A DNA stretch of 64,000 nt from an uncultured Gemmatimonadaceae bacterium (GTDB lineage: Bacteria; Gemmatimonadota; Gemmatimonadetes; Gemmatimonadales; Gemmatimonadaceae). The notes below the pieces were generated by a model, which was given only the letters and a program-made list of their open reading frames with translations, was not told where the DNA came from and made no database searches. A program made the translations under genes and the position numbers. The DNA is taken from the NCBI GenBank assembly GCA_963822945.1, contig CAWGJO010000012.1, positions 32,001 through 96,000 of the forward strand, read 5' to 3'. Below are positions 21,697 to 31,942 of this stretch, piece by piece (the stretch's first letter is position 1; every line of letters begins with the position of its first letter).

Positions 21697-22425
21697 TCAG
21701 CCAGACGCACGGGACACGCAAGCGTCAATGGCCGCACGCTCGGCCGCGGTGAGCGGCCGCGTGCCCCCGCTCGGCAGGGACCCCAGTTCGATCGGCCCGA
21801 ACCGCGTGCGCACCAACCGCTCGACGCTCAACCCCAGCGCCTTGCACAACCGCCGAACCTCGCGCTTGCGGCCTTCGGCGATCGTGACCTCGAATTCCCA
21901 CTGGCCGCCGGCGGTCCGCCGGGCCTCGACGCGCCGGGGCGCCACGACGCCATCCTCCAGGGTCACCCCCTGCCGGGCGGCGCGCACGGCCTGCGGCACA
22001 TCGCCGCGCACCGTGGCCACGTACGTGCGCTCGATTTCCCCGCTCGGGTGCGTGAGGGCGTGGGCCGCCGCACCATCGGTGGTCATCAGGAGCGCCCCTT
22101 CGGTCAGGTAGTCCAGCCGGCCCACATAGACCAGGCCGGGCGCCGGCGGGACGAGATCGAACACCGTGCGCCGTCCCGCCGGGTCGGACTTCGTGGTCAT
22201 CACCCCGGCCGGCTTGTGGAGCAGGATCCACGTGGTCGCGCGGGGCGCGACGATCGGCGCGCCGTCCACGAGGATCCGGTCGGTGTCCGGCACCACGCTC
22301 TGTCCCACGCGCGCCACCTGGCCATTCACCGTCACCCGGCCGGCGGCGATCAACTCCTCGGCGCGCCGCCGCGACGCGACACCCGCGCGCGCCAGCGCGC
22401 GCTGGATGCGCATCGCTTCGCTCAT
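21697..22425 (-). CDS. rluB: rRNA pseudouridine synthase (RluB/RsuA family)
   Basis: S4 domain (SRRRAEELI), VGRLDY, EGRKREVRR; follows scpB. Confidence 0.9.
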   Translation of the reverse strand: MSEAMRIQRALARAGVASRRRAEELIAAGRVTVNGQVARVGQSVVPDTDRILVDGAPIVAPRATTWILLHKPAGVMTTKSDPAGRRTVFDLVPPAPGLVYVGRLDYLTEGALLMTTDGAAAHALTHPSGEIERTYVATVRGDVPQAVRAARQGVTLEDGVVAPRRVEARRTAGGQWEFEVTIAEGRKREVRRLCKALGLSVERLVRTRFGPIELGSLPSGGTRPLTAAERAAIDACVSRASG

Positions 22426-22967
22426 TCCACCAACGTCGGCTCGGCCCGCAGTGCGATGGCCAATTCGTCGGCACGCGGCAGTTCCTGCAGGTGGCGCAGG
22501 GCGAAGTGCTCGAGGAAGAGCGGCGTCGTGCCGTACAGCAGCGGGCGTCCCAATCCCTCGGCCCGCCCAACCACCTCCACCAATCCGCGCTCGTGCAGCG
22601 ACTTGAGCACGCCGCCCACGTTGACGCCCCGCACCTGTTCGATCTCGGCCCGGGCAATGGGTTGCCGGTAGGCGATGATGGCGAGCGACTCGAGGGCCGC
22701 CGCGGACAACCGCTGCGGACGTGCCGCGAGTTGGGCCCGTTCGATGGCCTCGGTGTATTCGGCGCGGGTGAGGATCTGCCAGCCGCCGCCCAGTTCCACC
22801 AACTCGACGCCGTGTCCGTCCACGTTGTAGTGCTCCCGTAGCGCTTCCAGCGCCGCGGTTACCGCAGCGAGGGGCGCTTCGGGATCGAGTTCCGCCAGTT
22901 CCGCGAGCGCGATGGGGCGCGGGCTCGCGAACAGCGCGGCTTCAAGCAGCTTCGCCAGCGGCGTCAC
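22422..22967 (-). CDS. scpB: SMC-Scp complex subunit ScpB
   Basis: LEAALF, LAIIAYRQP, GRPLLYGTT. Confidence 0.95.
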   Translation of the reverse strand: MTPLAKLLEAALFASPRPIALAELAELDPEAPLAAVTAALEALREHYNVDGHGVELVELGGGWQILTRAEYTEAIERAQLAARPQRLSAAALESLAIIAYRQPIARAEIEQVRGVNVGGVLKSLHERGLVEVVGRAEGLGRPLLYGTTPLFLEHFALRHLQELPRADELAIALRAEPTLVE

Positions 22968-23685
22968 GCTCAATCTCCACGTTCGCAAAGGGTTTCGGTT
23001 GGTGCACGCGCAACTCGCCCACCTTCGCCAATTCGAGCAGCCCGAGGAGCGTCGAGAGGACGAAGGACGGCTCGGCGTCGCGCTTCACGATCTCGGTCCA
23101 GAGCACACGGGCGCGGAGTTGGAGCAGGTCGCGAATGATCGCCACGGCCGCCGGCACGTCGAGCGGACGCGAGACGACGTCGTGCATGTCGGGGCGCCGC
23201 GCAGCGCGCAGGACCCGGTCCACCGCCGCGAGCAGTTCGCTGAGCGACAGCGCCAGCGGGGCCGGCGGGGCCGGCGCATCGGGGGGCACGAACGCGCGCG
23301 CGAACTGATTGCGCCGCTCCTCGCCCCGATGTTCCAGCAGGTCCACGATCTCACGCATCTGCTGATACTCGAGCAGCCGCCGAACGAGTTCGGCGCGCGG
23401 ATCCTCCCAGGCCTCTTCTTCACCCCGCGGCAGGAGCATCTGCGCCTTGATGCGCAACAGGCGCGCGGCCATTTCCAGATAGTCCGCGGCGTCATTGAGC
23501 CCGAGTGTGCGGATGCGCACCAGGAACTGTTCGGCGATACGCGCGATCGGGATGTCGTAGATGTCGAGCTGCTCCTCCCGAATGAGCGTCAGGAGCAGGT
23601 CGAGGGGGCCGGAAAAGGCCTTGAGGTCGACGACGAACGCCGCGTCGCCGGCCGGTGATTCGAGGGCCAGTTGCTCTCCGGTCAT
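22942..23685 (-). CDS. scpA: Segregation/condensation protein A (kleisin)
   Basis: FSGPLDLLL, IKAQMLLP, LLELAK. Confidence 0.95.
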   Translation of the reverse strand: MTGEQLALESPAGDAAFVVDLKAFSGPLDLLLTLIREEQLDIYDIPIARIAEQFLVRIRTLGLNDAADYLEMAARLLRIKAQMLLPRGEEEAWEDPRAELVRRLLEYQQMREIVDLLEHRGEERRNQFARAFVPPDAPAPPAPLALSLSELLAAVDRVLRAARRPDMHDVVSRPLDVPAAVAIIRDLLQLRARVLWTEIVKRDAEPSFVLSTLLGLLELAKVGELRVHQPKPFANVEIERDAAGEAA

Positions 23686-24379
23686 TGGGGCATCCACTGC
23701 TGCGTACCCGGCATGACGAACGATCCCACGATCCCCTGCAGGAACTGGCCCGCATGAATCACGGGTTGCAGCCAGACGTTGAAGAACGATCCGCCGAACC
23801 AGAGCAGCACCACGAGAATCACGATGCCGTACCGGCCCATGGCCTGGTAGCGCACCGCCCAGGCCGCCGGCAGCAGGTGCGTTACCACGTGCGAGCCGTC
23901 GAGCGGCGGGATCGGGATCAGATTGAACGCCAGCAGGATCAGGTTGATCCAGATGCCGAAGATGAGCATGGCCTGCAGAATGGAGAGCGCCCCCCGAGCG
24001 CCGGCAGGGTCTGCCCCACCGCGCCGACGATCCCGACCCCGGCCACGCAGGCGAGCGCGATGATGAGATTCGCCGTCACGCCCGCCAGCGACACGATGAT
24101 GTCGCCGCTTCTGAAATTGCGGTAATTGCGGGGATTCACCGGAACCGGCTTCGCGCCGCCGAGGACGATATGCCAGTTCGACGTGATCCCGATCATGAGC
24201 GGCAGGATGATGGTCATGAAGGGATCGATATGCCGGAGGGGATTCCACGTCAGACGGCCCAGGCTGCGCGCCGTCGGGTCACCCTGGCGCAACGCGGCGT
24301 AGCCGTGTGCGTACTCGTGCGCGATCATCGAGAACAGCAGGATCGGCCCGACGAGCAGGATGGTCTGGAGAGTATGCAA
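23682..24379 (-). CDS. Site-2 protease family M50 metalloprotease (frameshift in a C6 run at 23990-23995)
   Basis: HEYAHG in the 5' frame, FNLIPIPPLDG in the 3' frame. Confidence 0.9.
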
Positions 24380-24433
24380 CGGCTGGGGTTTTGGCGCGGA
24401 GCGGGCGCCGGCTGAGCCGGCGGCAACGACGGT

Positions 24434-24462
24434 AAGCTAGCGGACACGGCGAGGGGTGTCAA
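24434..24462 (-). promoter_or_regulatory. Promoter for S2P-scpAB operon
   Basis: TTGACA-N17-TAGCTT on minus strand. Confidence 0.7.
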
Positions 24463-24501
24463 AGCGCTGTGGCGCCACAACATCCGGCCGGTCGGCTCGG
24501 C

Positions 24502-24530
24502 TTGACAACCCCCCGGGGGACGCCTAGCTT
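24502..24530 (+). promoter_or_regulatory. rpsT promoter
   Basis: TTGACA-N17-TAGCTT. Confidence 0.75.
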
Positions 24531-24579
24531 CCCCCCTTCGCGCAACCGCGCGAATCGACTGGAACATTTCGGAGAACTC

Positions 24580-24813
24580 GTGCCAAAAATCGCATCCGCG
24601 AAGAAGAACATGCGGAAGTCCCGGGCGGCCACGGTGCGCAACCGCGCTCAGCGGGCCACACTCAGGACCGCGTTGAAGAAGGCCAAGGCCCCCGGGGCCA
24701 CGCCGGCCGACAAGGTCGCGGCAGTGCGTCTGGCCGATCGGGCTGCCCGCAAGGGCCTGTTGCACCGCAACGCCGCCGCGCGCCACAAGAGCCAGATCGC
24801 GCGCAGCGCGTAG
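24580..24813 (+). CDS. rpsT: 30S ribosomal protein S20
   Basis: PKIASAKKNMRKS..RNRAQR..KGLLHRNAAARHKS; GTG start after GGAGA. Confidence 0.93.
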   Translation: MPKIASAKKNMRKSRAATVRNRAQRATLRTALKKAKAPGATPADKVAAVRLADRAARKGLLHRNAAARHKSQIARSA

Positions 24814-24842
24814 CAGCCGATCATCGGTTTGGAGTACAAGCA

Positions 24843-24869
24843 GAGGGCCGCGACGTCGTCGCGGCCCTC
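24843..24869. terminator. Hairpin between convergent genes
   Basis: GAGGGCCGCGAC-GTC-GTCGCGGCCCTC, 12-bp perfect stem; weak U tail. Confidence 0.55.
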
Positions 24870-24909
24870 GGTGCGTTGTCGGCCATCCGCCCGCGCCGTC
24901 GCGCCCGTA

Positions 24910-26052
24910 TCAGAGCGAGGCCAACTCCGCCCCGCACCGCTCGCAGTACCACTCCGTCGGGTAGTTCATGGCGCCGCACTCGACGCACTTGAGCGTCTTG
25001 GGCTGCTCCACCGCCCCGGAGGGCCGGAGCACGATCGGATTGTTCCCGGTAACGTTGGCCGCGTAGGGACGGTCGTTGGGCCGCTCCGGCTCGCGCGCCC
25101 TTCCCACCAGCCCGGCCGCTGCATCTTCCTGGTCTTCACGGATGAACTCGTGCTCCTGTGAGGGACGCCCGGCTCGCTCCGACAGTTCCTCACCCATGGT
25201 GTCGCTGGCGGCCTGGGTGATGTCGGGCGACGATGCGCGCGCCGGCGGCGGCTCTTCGTGCGGCCCCGAGGGCCTCGGGGCAGACCGTCCCTCGTGCGGC
25301 CCCGAGCCTCGGCGGGGGGGCGGACCCTCCCGCAGGGGCGGTGCCTTGGCAGTCTGAGCGGCGCTCTCCGCGGCTTTGGCAACCGCGCGGCCATTCACCG
25401 GGGTGCCCTTGGCGAGCGGCGACACCACCGACTGGAGGAAGGCGAGTTCGTCGAACTTGGACTGTTCCGGCGTCTTCCGGTCCGCAGCCGAGCCCGACGG
25501 GGCGCCGGACTCCGTTGGACCGGACGCGCGGTCGACAGCCGCGTCATCGTCGGTCGCCGAGTCGGCCACCGCGGGGGAGGCTTCGGCCGGCGACGCCGAG
25601 TGGGTGGCCGGCGGCGCGGTGGCCGCCCCCAGCAACTCGTGCACCCGGTTGAGGTCGGCGCCTACCACCGCCTGCTCAGCCGCGATGGCAGCCAGAGCCT
25701 CGTCCGCCTCACCGGCGGTGGCGTTCCAGTCCGCTTCCGACAGCTCACCCACGTGGGCACGCAACTCGGCCTCGGCCCTGGCGTCCCGGCGTTCCTGTTC
25801 CTTTTCGGCCAACTCGGCCAGGCGCGTGGTGTACTTCTCCGCCTGCTCTTCCAGCGCCGCCGCATGTTCCTTCAACTCGCGGATCACTCCGGCGAGGCGC
25901 GTTTCGTAGTCCGCCCGAACGCGGTCGTACACGTTCTGCGGCGTCGACTCCCGGCGGGCATCCAGCGCCGCGAGCCAGGACTCGAACTTGACGCGCTCCT
26001 GCATGAGCGCGGTGACGACGTCGAGAGGAGAATTCGGAGTCTGCTTGGTCAT
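24910..26052 (-). CDS. Hypothetical protein: N-terminal coiled coil (CdvA-like pattern), disordered linker, C-terminal zinc ribbon
   Basis: Heptad-rich first ~140 aa; C-terminal CVECG..WYCERCG. Confidence 0.8.
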   Translation of the reverse strand: MTKQTPNSPLDVVTALMQERVKFESWLAALDARRESTPQNVYDRVRADYETRLAGVIRELKEHAAALEEQAEKYTTRLAELAEKEQERRDARAEAELRAHVGELSEADWNATAGEADEALAAIAAEQAVVGADLNRVHELLGAATAPPATHSASPAEASPAVADSATDDDAAVDRASGPTESGAPSGSAADRKTPEQSKFDELAFLQSVVSPLAKGTPVNGRAVAKAAESAAQTAKAPPLREGPPPRRGSGPHEGRSAPRPSGPHEEPPPARASSPDITQAASDTMGEELSERAGRPSQEHEFIREDQEDAAAGLVGRAREPERPNDRPYAANVTGNNPIVLRPSGAVEQPKTLKCVECGAMNYPTEWYCERCGAELASL

Positions 26053-26696
26053 TCGATATCCCGCGCTGCTTGTGCAGCGGCGCGCAGCGTCGCGGCTTGG
26101 TCCGGGCTCAACGGGGTGACGCGACCCACCTGGCGCGCAGCGAGCAGAATGCGCGCCGCGTGCTCGAGGCTCTCCATGCGCTGATGCGCAATGAGAAGGG
26201 ATGGACCTACGGTCGTCGCGCCATGATTGGCCATGAGAAAAGCGTCGTGGTACGGAAGGAAGGGTTCGAACTGGTCGGCGAGCGCTTCGCCACCAGGCAT
26301 CGCATACGGAACGAGCGGGACCCCGCCCACTTGAAGCACCAACTCCGGCAGCACCGGCGCCATGAAATCCTCGCCCGCCACACCGAACGCGGTCGCCGTC
26401 GGCGGGTGGGCATGGACCACGGCGTTTACATCCGATCGCCGACGGTAGATGCGAATATGCATCCTTACCTCTGACGACGCACGATGGTTCCCGGAAACGA
26501 GTTGCCCCTCCGGGTCCACCACCACCAGGTCGGTTTCCGTCAGTTCGCCCTTGGACAGGCCGGCGGGGGTGACCAGCAAATGGCCGGATTCCAGCCGTAC
26601 CGAGACGTTTCCGTCAGGGCCCGCAATGAGCCCGCGGGCTGCCAGGCGCTGGCAGACGCGGACGACGTCAGCTCGGAGTGCCGCCTCGGATGGCAT
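26049..26696 (-). CDS. Class II aldolase/adducin family protein
   Basis: GNVSVR, VTPAG, SSEVRMH, VVHAHPP, MANHGA. Confidence 0.92.
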   Translation of the reverse strand: MPSEAALRADVVRVCQRLAARGLIAGPDGNVSVRLESGHLLVTPAGLSKGELTETDLVVVDPEGQLVSGNHRASSEVRMHIRIYRRRSDVNAVVHAHPPTATAFGVAGEDFMAPVLPELVLQVGGVPLVPYAMPGGEALADQFEPFLPYHDAFLMANHGATTVGPSLLIAHQRMESLEHAARILLAARQVGRVTPLSPDQAATLRAAAQAARDIE

Positions 26697-27972
26697 AGGC
26701 CACGTCTCCGCCGACCAGGGTGTAGTGGACGCGCCCGGTGAGCGTCATGCCGGCATACGGGGAGTTGCGCCCCTTGGAGCGGAACGCCGCGGGGTCCACG
26801 GTCCATTCGGCGGTGGGGGCGAACACGGTCACGTCGGCGGCGGTTCCCCGCCGGAGCGTGCCCCCGGGCAGGTGAAAGATGCGCGCCGGCGCCACCGACA
26901 TCCGGTCGATGAGGGTGCCGACGTCGACGATTCCGGGTTTGACGAGCCAGGTCACGTTCACGGCCAGCGCGGTTTCCAGCCCGACGATGCCATTGGGGGC
27001 GTCGGAGAACTCCCGCTCCTTCTCGTCGTAGTGGTGCGGCGCATGGTCGGTAGCGATCACGTCGATGGTGCCGTCGCGGACGGCCTCGCGGAGCGCCTCG
27101 ACGTCGTCGGGCGTGCGCAGCGGCGGGTTCATCTTGGCGTTGGTGTTGTACGCCCCGACCGCCTCTTCGTTGAGCGAAATGTGATGGGGGCAGACTTCCG
27201 CCGTGACGTTGATTCCGCGCTCCTTGCCCCACCGGATGAGGTCCACCGATCCGCGCGTGCTCATGTGGCACAGATGGACGTGCCCGCCCGTCCGCTTGGC
27301 CAGCAGAATGTCGCGGATGGCCATGATCTCCTCGGCTTCCGACGGAATGCCCTTGAGCCCCAACCGGGCGCTCACCAGGCCCTCGTTCATCACGCCGCCG
27401 GCGGCGAGCGTCGGCTCCTCGCAATGGTCCGCCACCGGGATCCCGAAGTTACGGGCATACTCCAGGGCCGTGCGCATGAGATGCGCGCTGACCACGGGCT
27501 TCCCGTCGTCGCTTACCGCCACCGCGCCGGCGCCGACCATCTCGCCGAACTCCGCGAGCTTGGCGCCGAGCTGGCCCACCGAGACGGCACCGATGGGATA
27601 CACGCGCGCGGCACTGGCCCGCTGGGCCTGCCGCACGATGAATCCCACCGCCGCCTGATTGTCGGTCACCGGATCGGTGTTCGGCATCGCGCAGACCGCC
27701 GTGAACCCGCCCGCTGCCGCCGCCCGCGCGCCGGTGGCGATCGTCTCCACGTCCTCACGCCCCGGTTCACGCAGGTGGCAGTGCACGTCGATGAACCCCG
27801 GAGACACCACGAGCCCGGCGCAGTCGATCACCTCGGCGGCGCCGGCACCGTCGGCCAGCCGCGGACCGATCTCGGCGATCACCCCATCGCGGATCAGGAC
27901 GTCCGCCACCGCATCCATCCCCTGGGACGGGTCGACGACCCGGCCGCCGCGCAACAGGATGGCGCCGCTCAT
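26668..27972 (-). CDS. pyrC: Dihydroorotase
   Basis: [30 protein letters not shown]. Confidence 0.96.
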   Translation of the reverse strand: MSGAILLRGGRVVDPSQGMDAVADVLIRDGVIAEIGPRLADGAGAAEVIDCAGLVVSPGFIDVHCHLREPGREDVETIATGARAAAAGGFTAVCAMPNTDPVTDNQAAVGFIVRQAQRASAARVYPIGAVSVGQLGAKLAEFGEMVGAGAVAVSDDGKPVVSAHLMRTALEYARNFGIPVADHCEEPTLAAGGVMNEGLVSARLGLKGIPSEAEEIMAIRDILLAKRTGGHVHLCHMSTRGSVDLIRWGKERGINVTAEVCPHHISLNEEAVGAYNTNAKMNPPLRTPDDVEALREAVRDGTIDVIATDHAPHHYDEKEREFSDAPNGIVGLETALAVNVTWLVKPGIVDVGTLIDRMSVAPARIFHLPGGTLRRGTAADVTVFAPTAEWTVDPAAFRSKGRNSPYAGMTLTGRVHYTLVGGDVAYAIRGGTPS

Positions 27973-28946
27973 CGGGCCGCCCCGGTTCCGGTATCCTTGG
28001 CCGCCTCGGCCAGTTCCGGACGTCCGCCCGAGAGGAGATAGAGCACCGCCATGCGAATCGCCACGCCGTTGGTTACCTGGGGGAGGATGACACTGAAGGG
28101 GCCGTCGGCGACGTCGGAATCGATCTCGACGCCGCGATTCATCGGGCCCGGGTGCAGGATGAGGACGTCACGCGGCGCGCGGTTCAAGCGCTCGCGCGAA
28201 ACGCCGAACACGCGGTTGTATTCCCGCAGCGACGGGATGTAGCCCGCCGTCATGCGCTCCAGCTGGAGCCGCAGGATGTTGAGCGCGTCCGCCCACTGAA
28301 TGGCGTCGTCGATGTGATCGAAGACGGTCACGCCCATGCCGTCGATGGCGTTCGGCAGAAGCGACCGCGGACCGCACACCGCCACTTCGGCTCCCATCTT
28401 CTTCAGGCCCCAGATGTTCGAGCGCGCCACGCGCGAGTGGAGCACGTCGCCGCACAGGCAGACCTTGAGTCCGGCGAGCGTCTTGAAGTGATCGCGCAAC
28501 GTCAGCATGTCGAGCAGCCCCTGCGTCGGATGCTCGTGCGTGCCGTCGCCGGCATTGATGACGTTGGACTCGATCCGGTCGGCCAGGAACTGCGCGGCTC
28601 CCGAGGCGCCGTGCCGGATGACCACCATGTCGATCCGCATGGCTTCGAGATTCCGGGCCGTATCCACCAGCGTCTCGCCCTTCGTGACGCTGGAACTCGC
28701 GGCGGCCACGTTCACCGGATCGGCGGACAGCCGCTTCTCCGCGAATTCGAACGACACGCGCGTCCGCGTGGACGGCTCGAAGAACAGATTGACGATCGTC
28801 GCACCGCGCAGCGTGGGCACCTTCTTGATCGTGCGCTCGCTGATTTCCTTGAACGGCTCGGCGGTATCGAGAATGAGTTGAATCTGGTCGCCGGTCAGTG
28901 GCTCGAGTCCGAGGAGATCCTTGCCCAGCGGCCCGACGCTCCTCAC
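27969..28946 (-). CDS. pyrB: Aspartate carbamoyltransferase catalytic subunit
   Basis: [26 protein letters not shown]. Confidence 0.97.
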   Translation of the reverse strand: MRSVGPLGKDLLGLEPLTGDQIQLILDTAEPFKEISERTIKKVPTLRGATIVNLFFEPSTRTRVSFEFAEKRLSADPVNVAAASSSVTKGETLVDTARNLEAMRIDMVVIRHGASGAAQFLADRIESNVINAGDGTHEHPTQGLLDMLTLRDHFKTLAGLKVCLCGDVLHSRVARSNIWGLKKMGAEVAVCGPRSLLPNAIDGMGVTVFDHIDDAIQWADALNILRLQLERMTAGYIPSLREYNRVFGVSRERLNRAPRDVLILHPGPMNRGVEIDSDVADGPFSVILPQVTNGVAIRMAVLYLLSGGRPELAEAAKDTGTGAAR

Positions 28947-29494
28947 GCCGACGCTCCCGGCGGGATCTGCACCACCGCGTCGCGGCCGTCGAGTTCGGCG
29001 ACCAGCACGTCGATCCGGGCGCCGGGTGGTATGGTGAGCGTACGCCCCACCACGTCGGCGTGGATCGGGAGTTCGCGGCCGCCCCGGTCGATGAGGACCG
29101 CCAGCGCGATCCGTCGCGGCCGGCCGAAGTCGGCCAGCTCGTCGAGCGCGGCGCGCACGGTGCGGCCCGTGTAGAGCACGTCGTCGACGATCACCACGTG
29201 TTTGCCGTCGATATCCCAGGGGATATCCGTGGGGCCGACCACCGGTCGCGGCCCCACGGTCTGGAGGTCGTCGCGGTAGAGGGTGATGTCGAGCGCGCCA
29301 CGGGGAACGGTCACGTTCTCCCGTTCCGCGATCATCGATACGATGCGCGCCGCGAGTTGAACTCCGCGGCGCTGAATACCAACAATGAGCAGATCGTCCG
29401 TACCGTTGTTCAGCTCGACGATTTCGTCGGCCATTCGACGGAGGGTTCGCTGGAGCGATCGCGCGTCGAGAATCGTGACGGGGGCGTCAGGCAT
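28943..29494 (-). CDS. pyrR: Bifunctional pyr regulator / uracil phosphoribosyltransferase
   Basis: [28 protein letters not shown]. Confidence 0.95.
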   Translation of the reverse strand: MPDAPVTILDARSLQRTLRRMADEIVELNNGTDDLLIVGIQRRGVQLAARIVSMIAERENVTVPRGALDITLYRDDLQTVGPRPVVGPTDIPWDIDGKHVVIVDDVLYTGRTVRAALDELADFGRPRRIALAVLIDRGGRELPIHADVVGRTLTIPPGARIDVLVAELDGRDAVVQIPPGASA

Positions 29495-29595
29495 CGGGAC
29501 ACAATATGGCGAATCGCACCGCGGAAATGAAGCGGCGAGTGCGCGCCGGCGCGATCTCGGCTTGCCCGGAAGCCCCCTTCCGAGTTCCTTTCGAT

Positions 29596-30396
29596 ATGCT
29601 CCGCCCACTCACGTGCACACTGCTGGCCCTGGCCTCGGCCGCGTCCATGGCCGCCCAGACACCGGTCGTTCCCGATACCACCGGCCCCGGGGCCGCCGCC
29701 AACTGGCCGTTCGCGGTGGGCGAGCGGATGACCTTCGAGGCCAAGTTCGGTTGGCTGCCCGTCGGCCGCGCCGAGGTGGTGCTCGAGGCACGGGACACCG
29801 TGCGTGGACACCAGACCCTGCGCAGCCGGTTCTCGGTGAATGGGGGCCCCTCCTGGTTCGGCGTCCACGACAACTACACCAGTTGGTTCGATACACAGAC
29901 GCTGGTGTCGTACCGCTACCACCAGGACATCCACGAAGGCCGGTACAAGCGGAACACCATCTATCAGATCTTCCCGGACGAGGGCATCTACACCAAGAAC
30001 GGGAAGGACACGAGCCTCACCGTGCTCAGTCCGCTCGACGACCAGTCGTTCATCTACTTCGTCCGCACGCTGCCCCTGGCCGTCGGCCAGCACTATGAGT
30101 GGAACCGCTATTTCATGGCGGACAAGAATCCCGTGATCGTGGACGTGGAGCGCCGGGAGGAAGTGGAGGTACCGGCGGGGAAGTTCATGTGCCTGGTGCT
30201 CAAGCCGACGATCAAGACGTCGGCCATGTTCTCCGAGGGCGGCCACGCCGAGATCTGGATCAGCGACGACGACCGCCGACTGATCGTGCAGATGAAGTCG
30301 GGGCTGAAGATCGGGTCGGTGAATCTGTACCTGAAGAGCTACTCGCTCGGCGGGAGCGCCTCCGACAGTTCCGGCGGCGCGTCGCACCAGCACTGA
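29596..30396 (+). CDS. DUF3108-like secreted protein
   Basis: Signal peptide; PFAVGE, EVEVPAGKF, IWISDD motifs. Confidence 0.8.
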   Translation: MLRPLTCTLLALASAASMAAQTPVVPDTTGPGAAANWPFAVGERMTFEAKFGWLPVGRAEVVLEARDTVRGHQTLRSRFSVNGGPSWFGVHDNYTSWFDTQTLVSYRYHQDIHEGRYKRNTIYQIFPDEGIYTKNGKDTSLTVLSPLDDQSFIYFVRTLPLAVGQHYEWNRYFMADKNPVIVDVERREEVEVPAGKFMCLVLKPTIKTSAMFSEGGHAEIWISDDDRRLIVQMKSGLKIGSVNLYLKSYSLGGSASDSSGGASHQH

Positions 30397-30414
30397 CCGC
30401 GAGGCCGGCCCGGT

Positions 30415-31143
30415 TCAGCGGGTGCCGGCGGTGACGCGGCGGAAGATGTGGGCGTTGGCGGCATACCACGGGGGCACGCGGACCGCCGCCAGGTCCAGCC
30501 GGAACGCGGCGTCGTCCGATCCGAGCGCATAGCCCAACGCCTCGAAGCGCTGGATCCAGTAGGCCACCGGCCGCTCGTTGACGTGCAGGGTGCCGCCCTG
30601 CCCCGGATGAGCCGCCGAAAACACGATCGTGGGGCATCCCGTGAGGGCGTCGAGCAGGCGCCCGGCATGCCAGGGCAGCAGGTGCTCCGCCACTTCCAGG
30701 CACAGCGCGACGTCGAAGGGCGCGCAGGCAGCCCGCAGTGCGGCTCGGTCCGGCCGCGACAAGCGCGGAACGTCGATCGCGTGGACGTCGATGCCGCGCT
30801 CGGCCGCCCGCGCCCGCGCCGTGGCAGATCCGTCGTAGCCGCGGAGTTCCAGATCCGGGGAAAGCGTCCGCATGGCGGCGAGCAGCTTTGCGTCGCCGCA
30901 TCCGACATCCACCACGCCGCGGGGTCGCGTATGCCGGAGGATGCACGCCGCGAACCCGGTCCAGTCCCAGGCGCCGTCGGCGTGCAGATCCCAGAACGCC
31001 GGGTCGTAGGCTTCGGCCGTCGAATCGCGCCCGGCCCACAGCCGCCAGCGCGCGTACTCGCCGAATGCGTAGGCGCGGCGCAGCGGTCGATACACCCGCG
31101 GCAGCCGGCGGCGCAGGAATGCGCTCAGTTGCTGAGCGAACAT
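30415..31143 (-). CDS. Class I SAM-dependent methyltransferase
   Basis: VDVGCGDA, CLEVAEHL, FSAAHPGQGG.HVNE. Confidence 0.85.
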   Translation of the reverse strand: MFAQQLSAFLRRRLPRVYRPLRRAYAFGEYARWRLWAGRDSTAEAYDPAFWDLHADGAWDWTGFAACILRHTRPRGVVDVGCGDAKLLAAMRTLSPDLELRGYDGSATARARAAERGIDVHAIDVPRLSRPDRAALRAACAPFDVALCLEVAEHLLPWHAGRLLDALTGCPTIVFSAAHPGQGGTLHVNERPVAYWIQRFEALGYALGSDDAAFRLDLAAVRVPPWYAANAHIFRRVTAGTR

Positions 31144-31153
31144 GACCAGTTCA

Positions 31154-31241
31154 CGGATGGGGTGGGATTCGAACCCACGGTACGCTTTTGACGTACACAC
31201 ACTTTCCAGGCGTGCGCCTTAAACCACTCGGCCACCCATCC
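31154..31241 (-). tRNA. tRNA-Ser (GGA)
   Basis: GGATGGGTGGCCGAGTGG..CT-GGA-AA..long variable arm..GTTCGAATCC..CATCCG; CCA not encoded. Confidence 0.95.
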
Positions 31242-31299
31242 AAGCGACGGCGCGCTGCCCGAAACGAGACCGCGGCAGCGCGCCGACTATGTAGAGCAG

Positions 31300-31386
31300 C
31301 GGACAGGGTGAGATTCGAACTCACGATACCGTTGCCGGTATGCCGGTTTTCGAGACCGGTGCCTTCAGCCACTCGGCCACCTGTCC
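31300..31386 (-). tRNA. tRNA-Ser (CGA)
   Basis: GGACAGGTGGCCGAGTGG..CT-CGA-AA..long variable arm..GTTCGAATCTC..TGTCCG; upstream TTGACT-N17-TATTTT. Confidence 0.95.
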
Positions 31387-31447
31387 TGGGGTCTCAAAAA
31401 ATAGACCGCAAGTTACGCAGAGTCAACGCGATGCGGAACGCGCTCGA

Positions 31448-31942
31448 CTAGCCCTCCGGCGGCTCCTCCCGTCGAGTCGCGAAGAACGCCCGCAATACCT
31501 CACCGCAGCGGGCGGATTCGACCCCCGCCCGCACCTCGGCGCGGTGATTCAGCTTCGGATGCCGCACCAGATCGCCCACCGACCCGACCATCCCCGCCTT
31601 CTCGTCCCAGGCGCCGAACACCAGCCGGTCGACGCGCGCCAGTACGAGCGCGCCGGCGCACATGGCACACGGCTCGAGCGTGACGTAAAGCGTGCAGCCG
31701 CTGAGCCGCCAGTCGCCCAGCACCCGGGCGGCCTGGCGGATGGCGAGCATCTCCGCGTGCGCGGTCGGGTCCTGATCCCGCACCGTGCGGTTGGCGGCGC
31801 GGGCGACGACCACGCCGTGGCGGACGATGAGGGCGCCCACCGGCACGTCGCCTTCCTCGGCGGCGCGCCCGGCCTCGGCCAGCGCCTCCGCCATCCAGTC
31901 CTCGTCGGAGACGGGGCTCGGCGCGCTGTCGAGCGCGGTCAC
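31448..31942 (-). CDS. tadA: tRNA adenosine(34) deaminase
   Basis: [20 protein letters not shown]. Confidence 0.95.
   Translation of the reverse strand: MTALDSAPSPVSDEDWMAEALAEAGRAAEEGDVPVGALIVRHGVVVARAANRTVRDQDPTAHAEMLAIRQAARVLGDWRLSGCTLYVTLEPCAMCAGALVLARVDRLVFGAWDEKAGMVGSVGDLVRHPKLNHRAEVRAGVESARCGEVLRAFFATRREEPPEG

Noticed and set aside
29495..29595. PyrR-binding attenuator
   Set aside because: No AGUCCAGAGAGG-type loop or terminator in the short divergent gap.
31154..31386. tRNA-Sec or integrated island at the tRNAs
   Set aside because: Anticodons are GGA and CGA (Ser), not TCA; no integrase or duplicated 3' end found.
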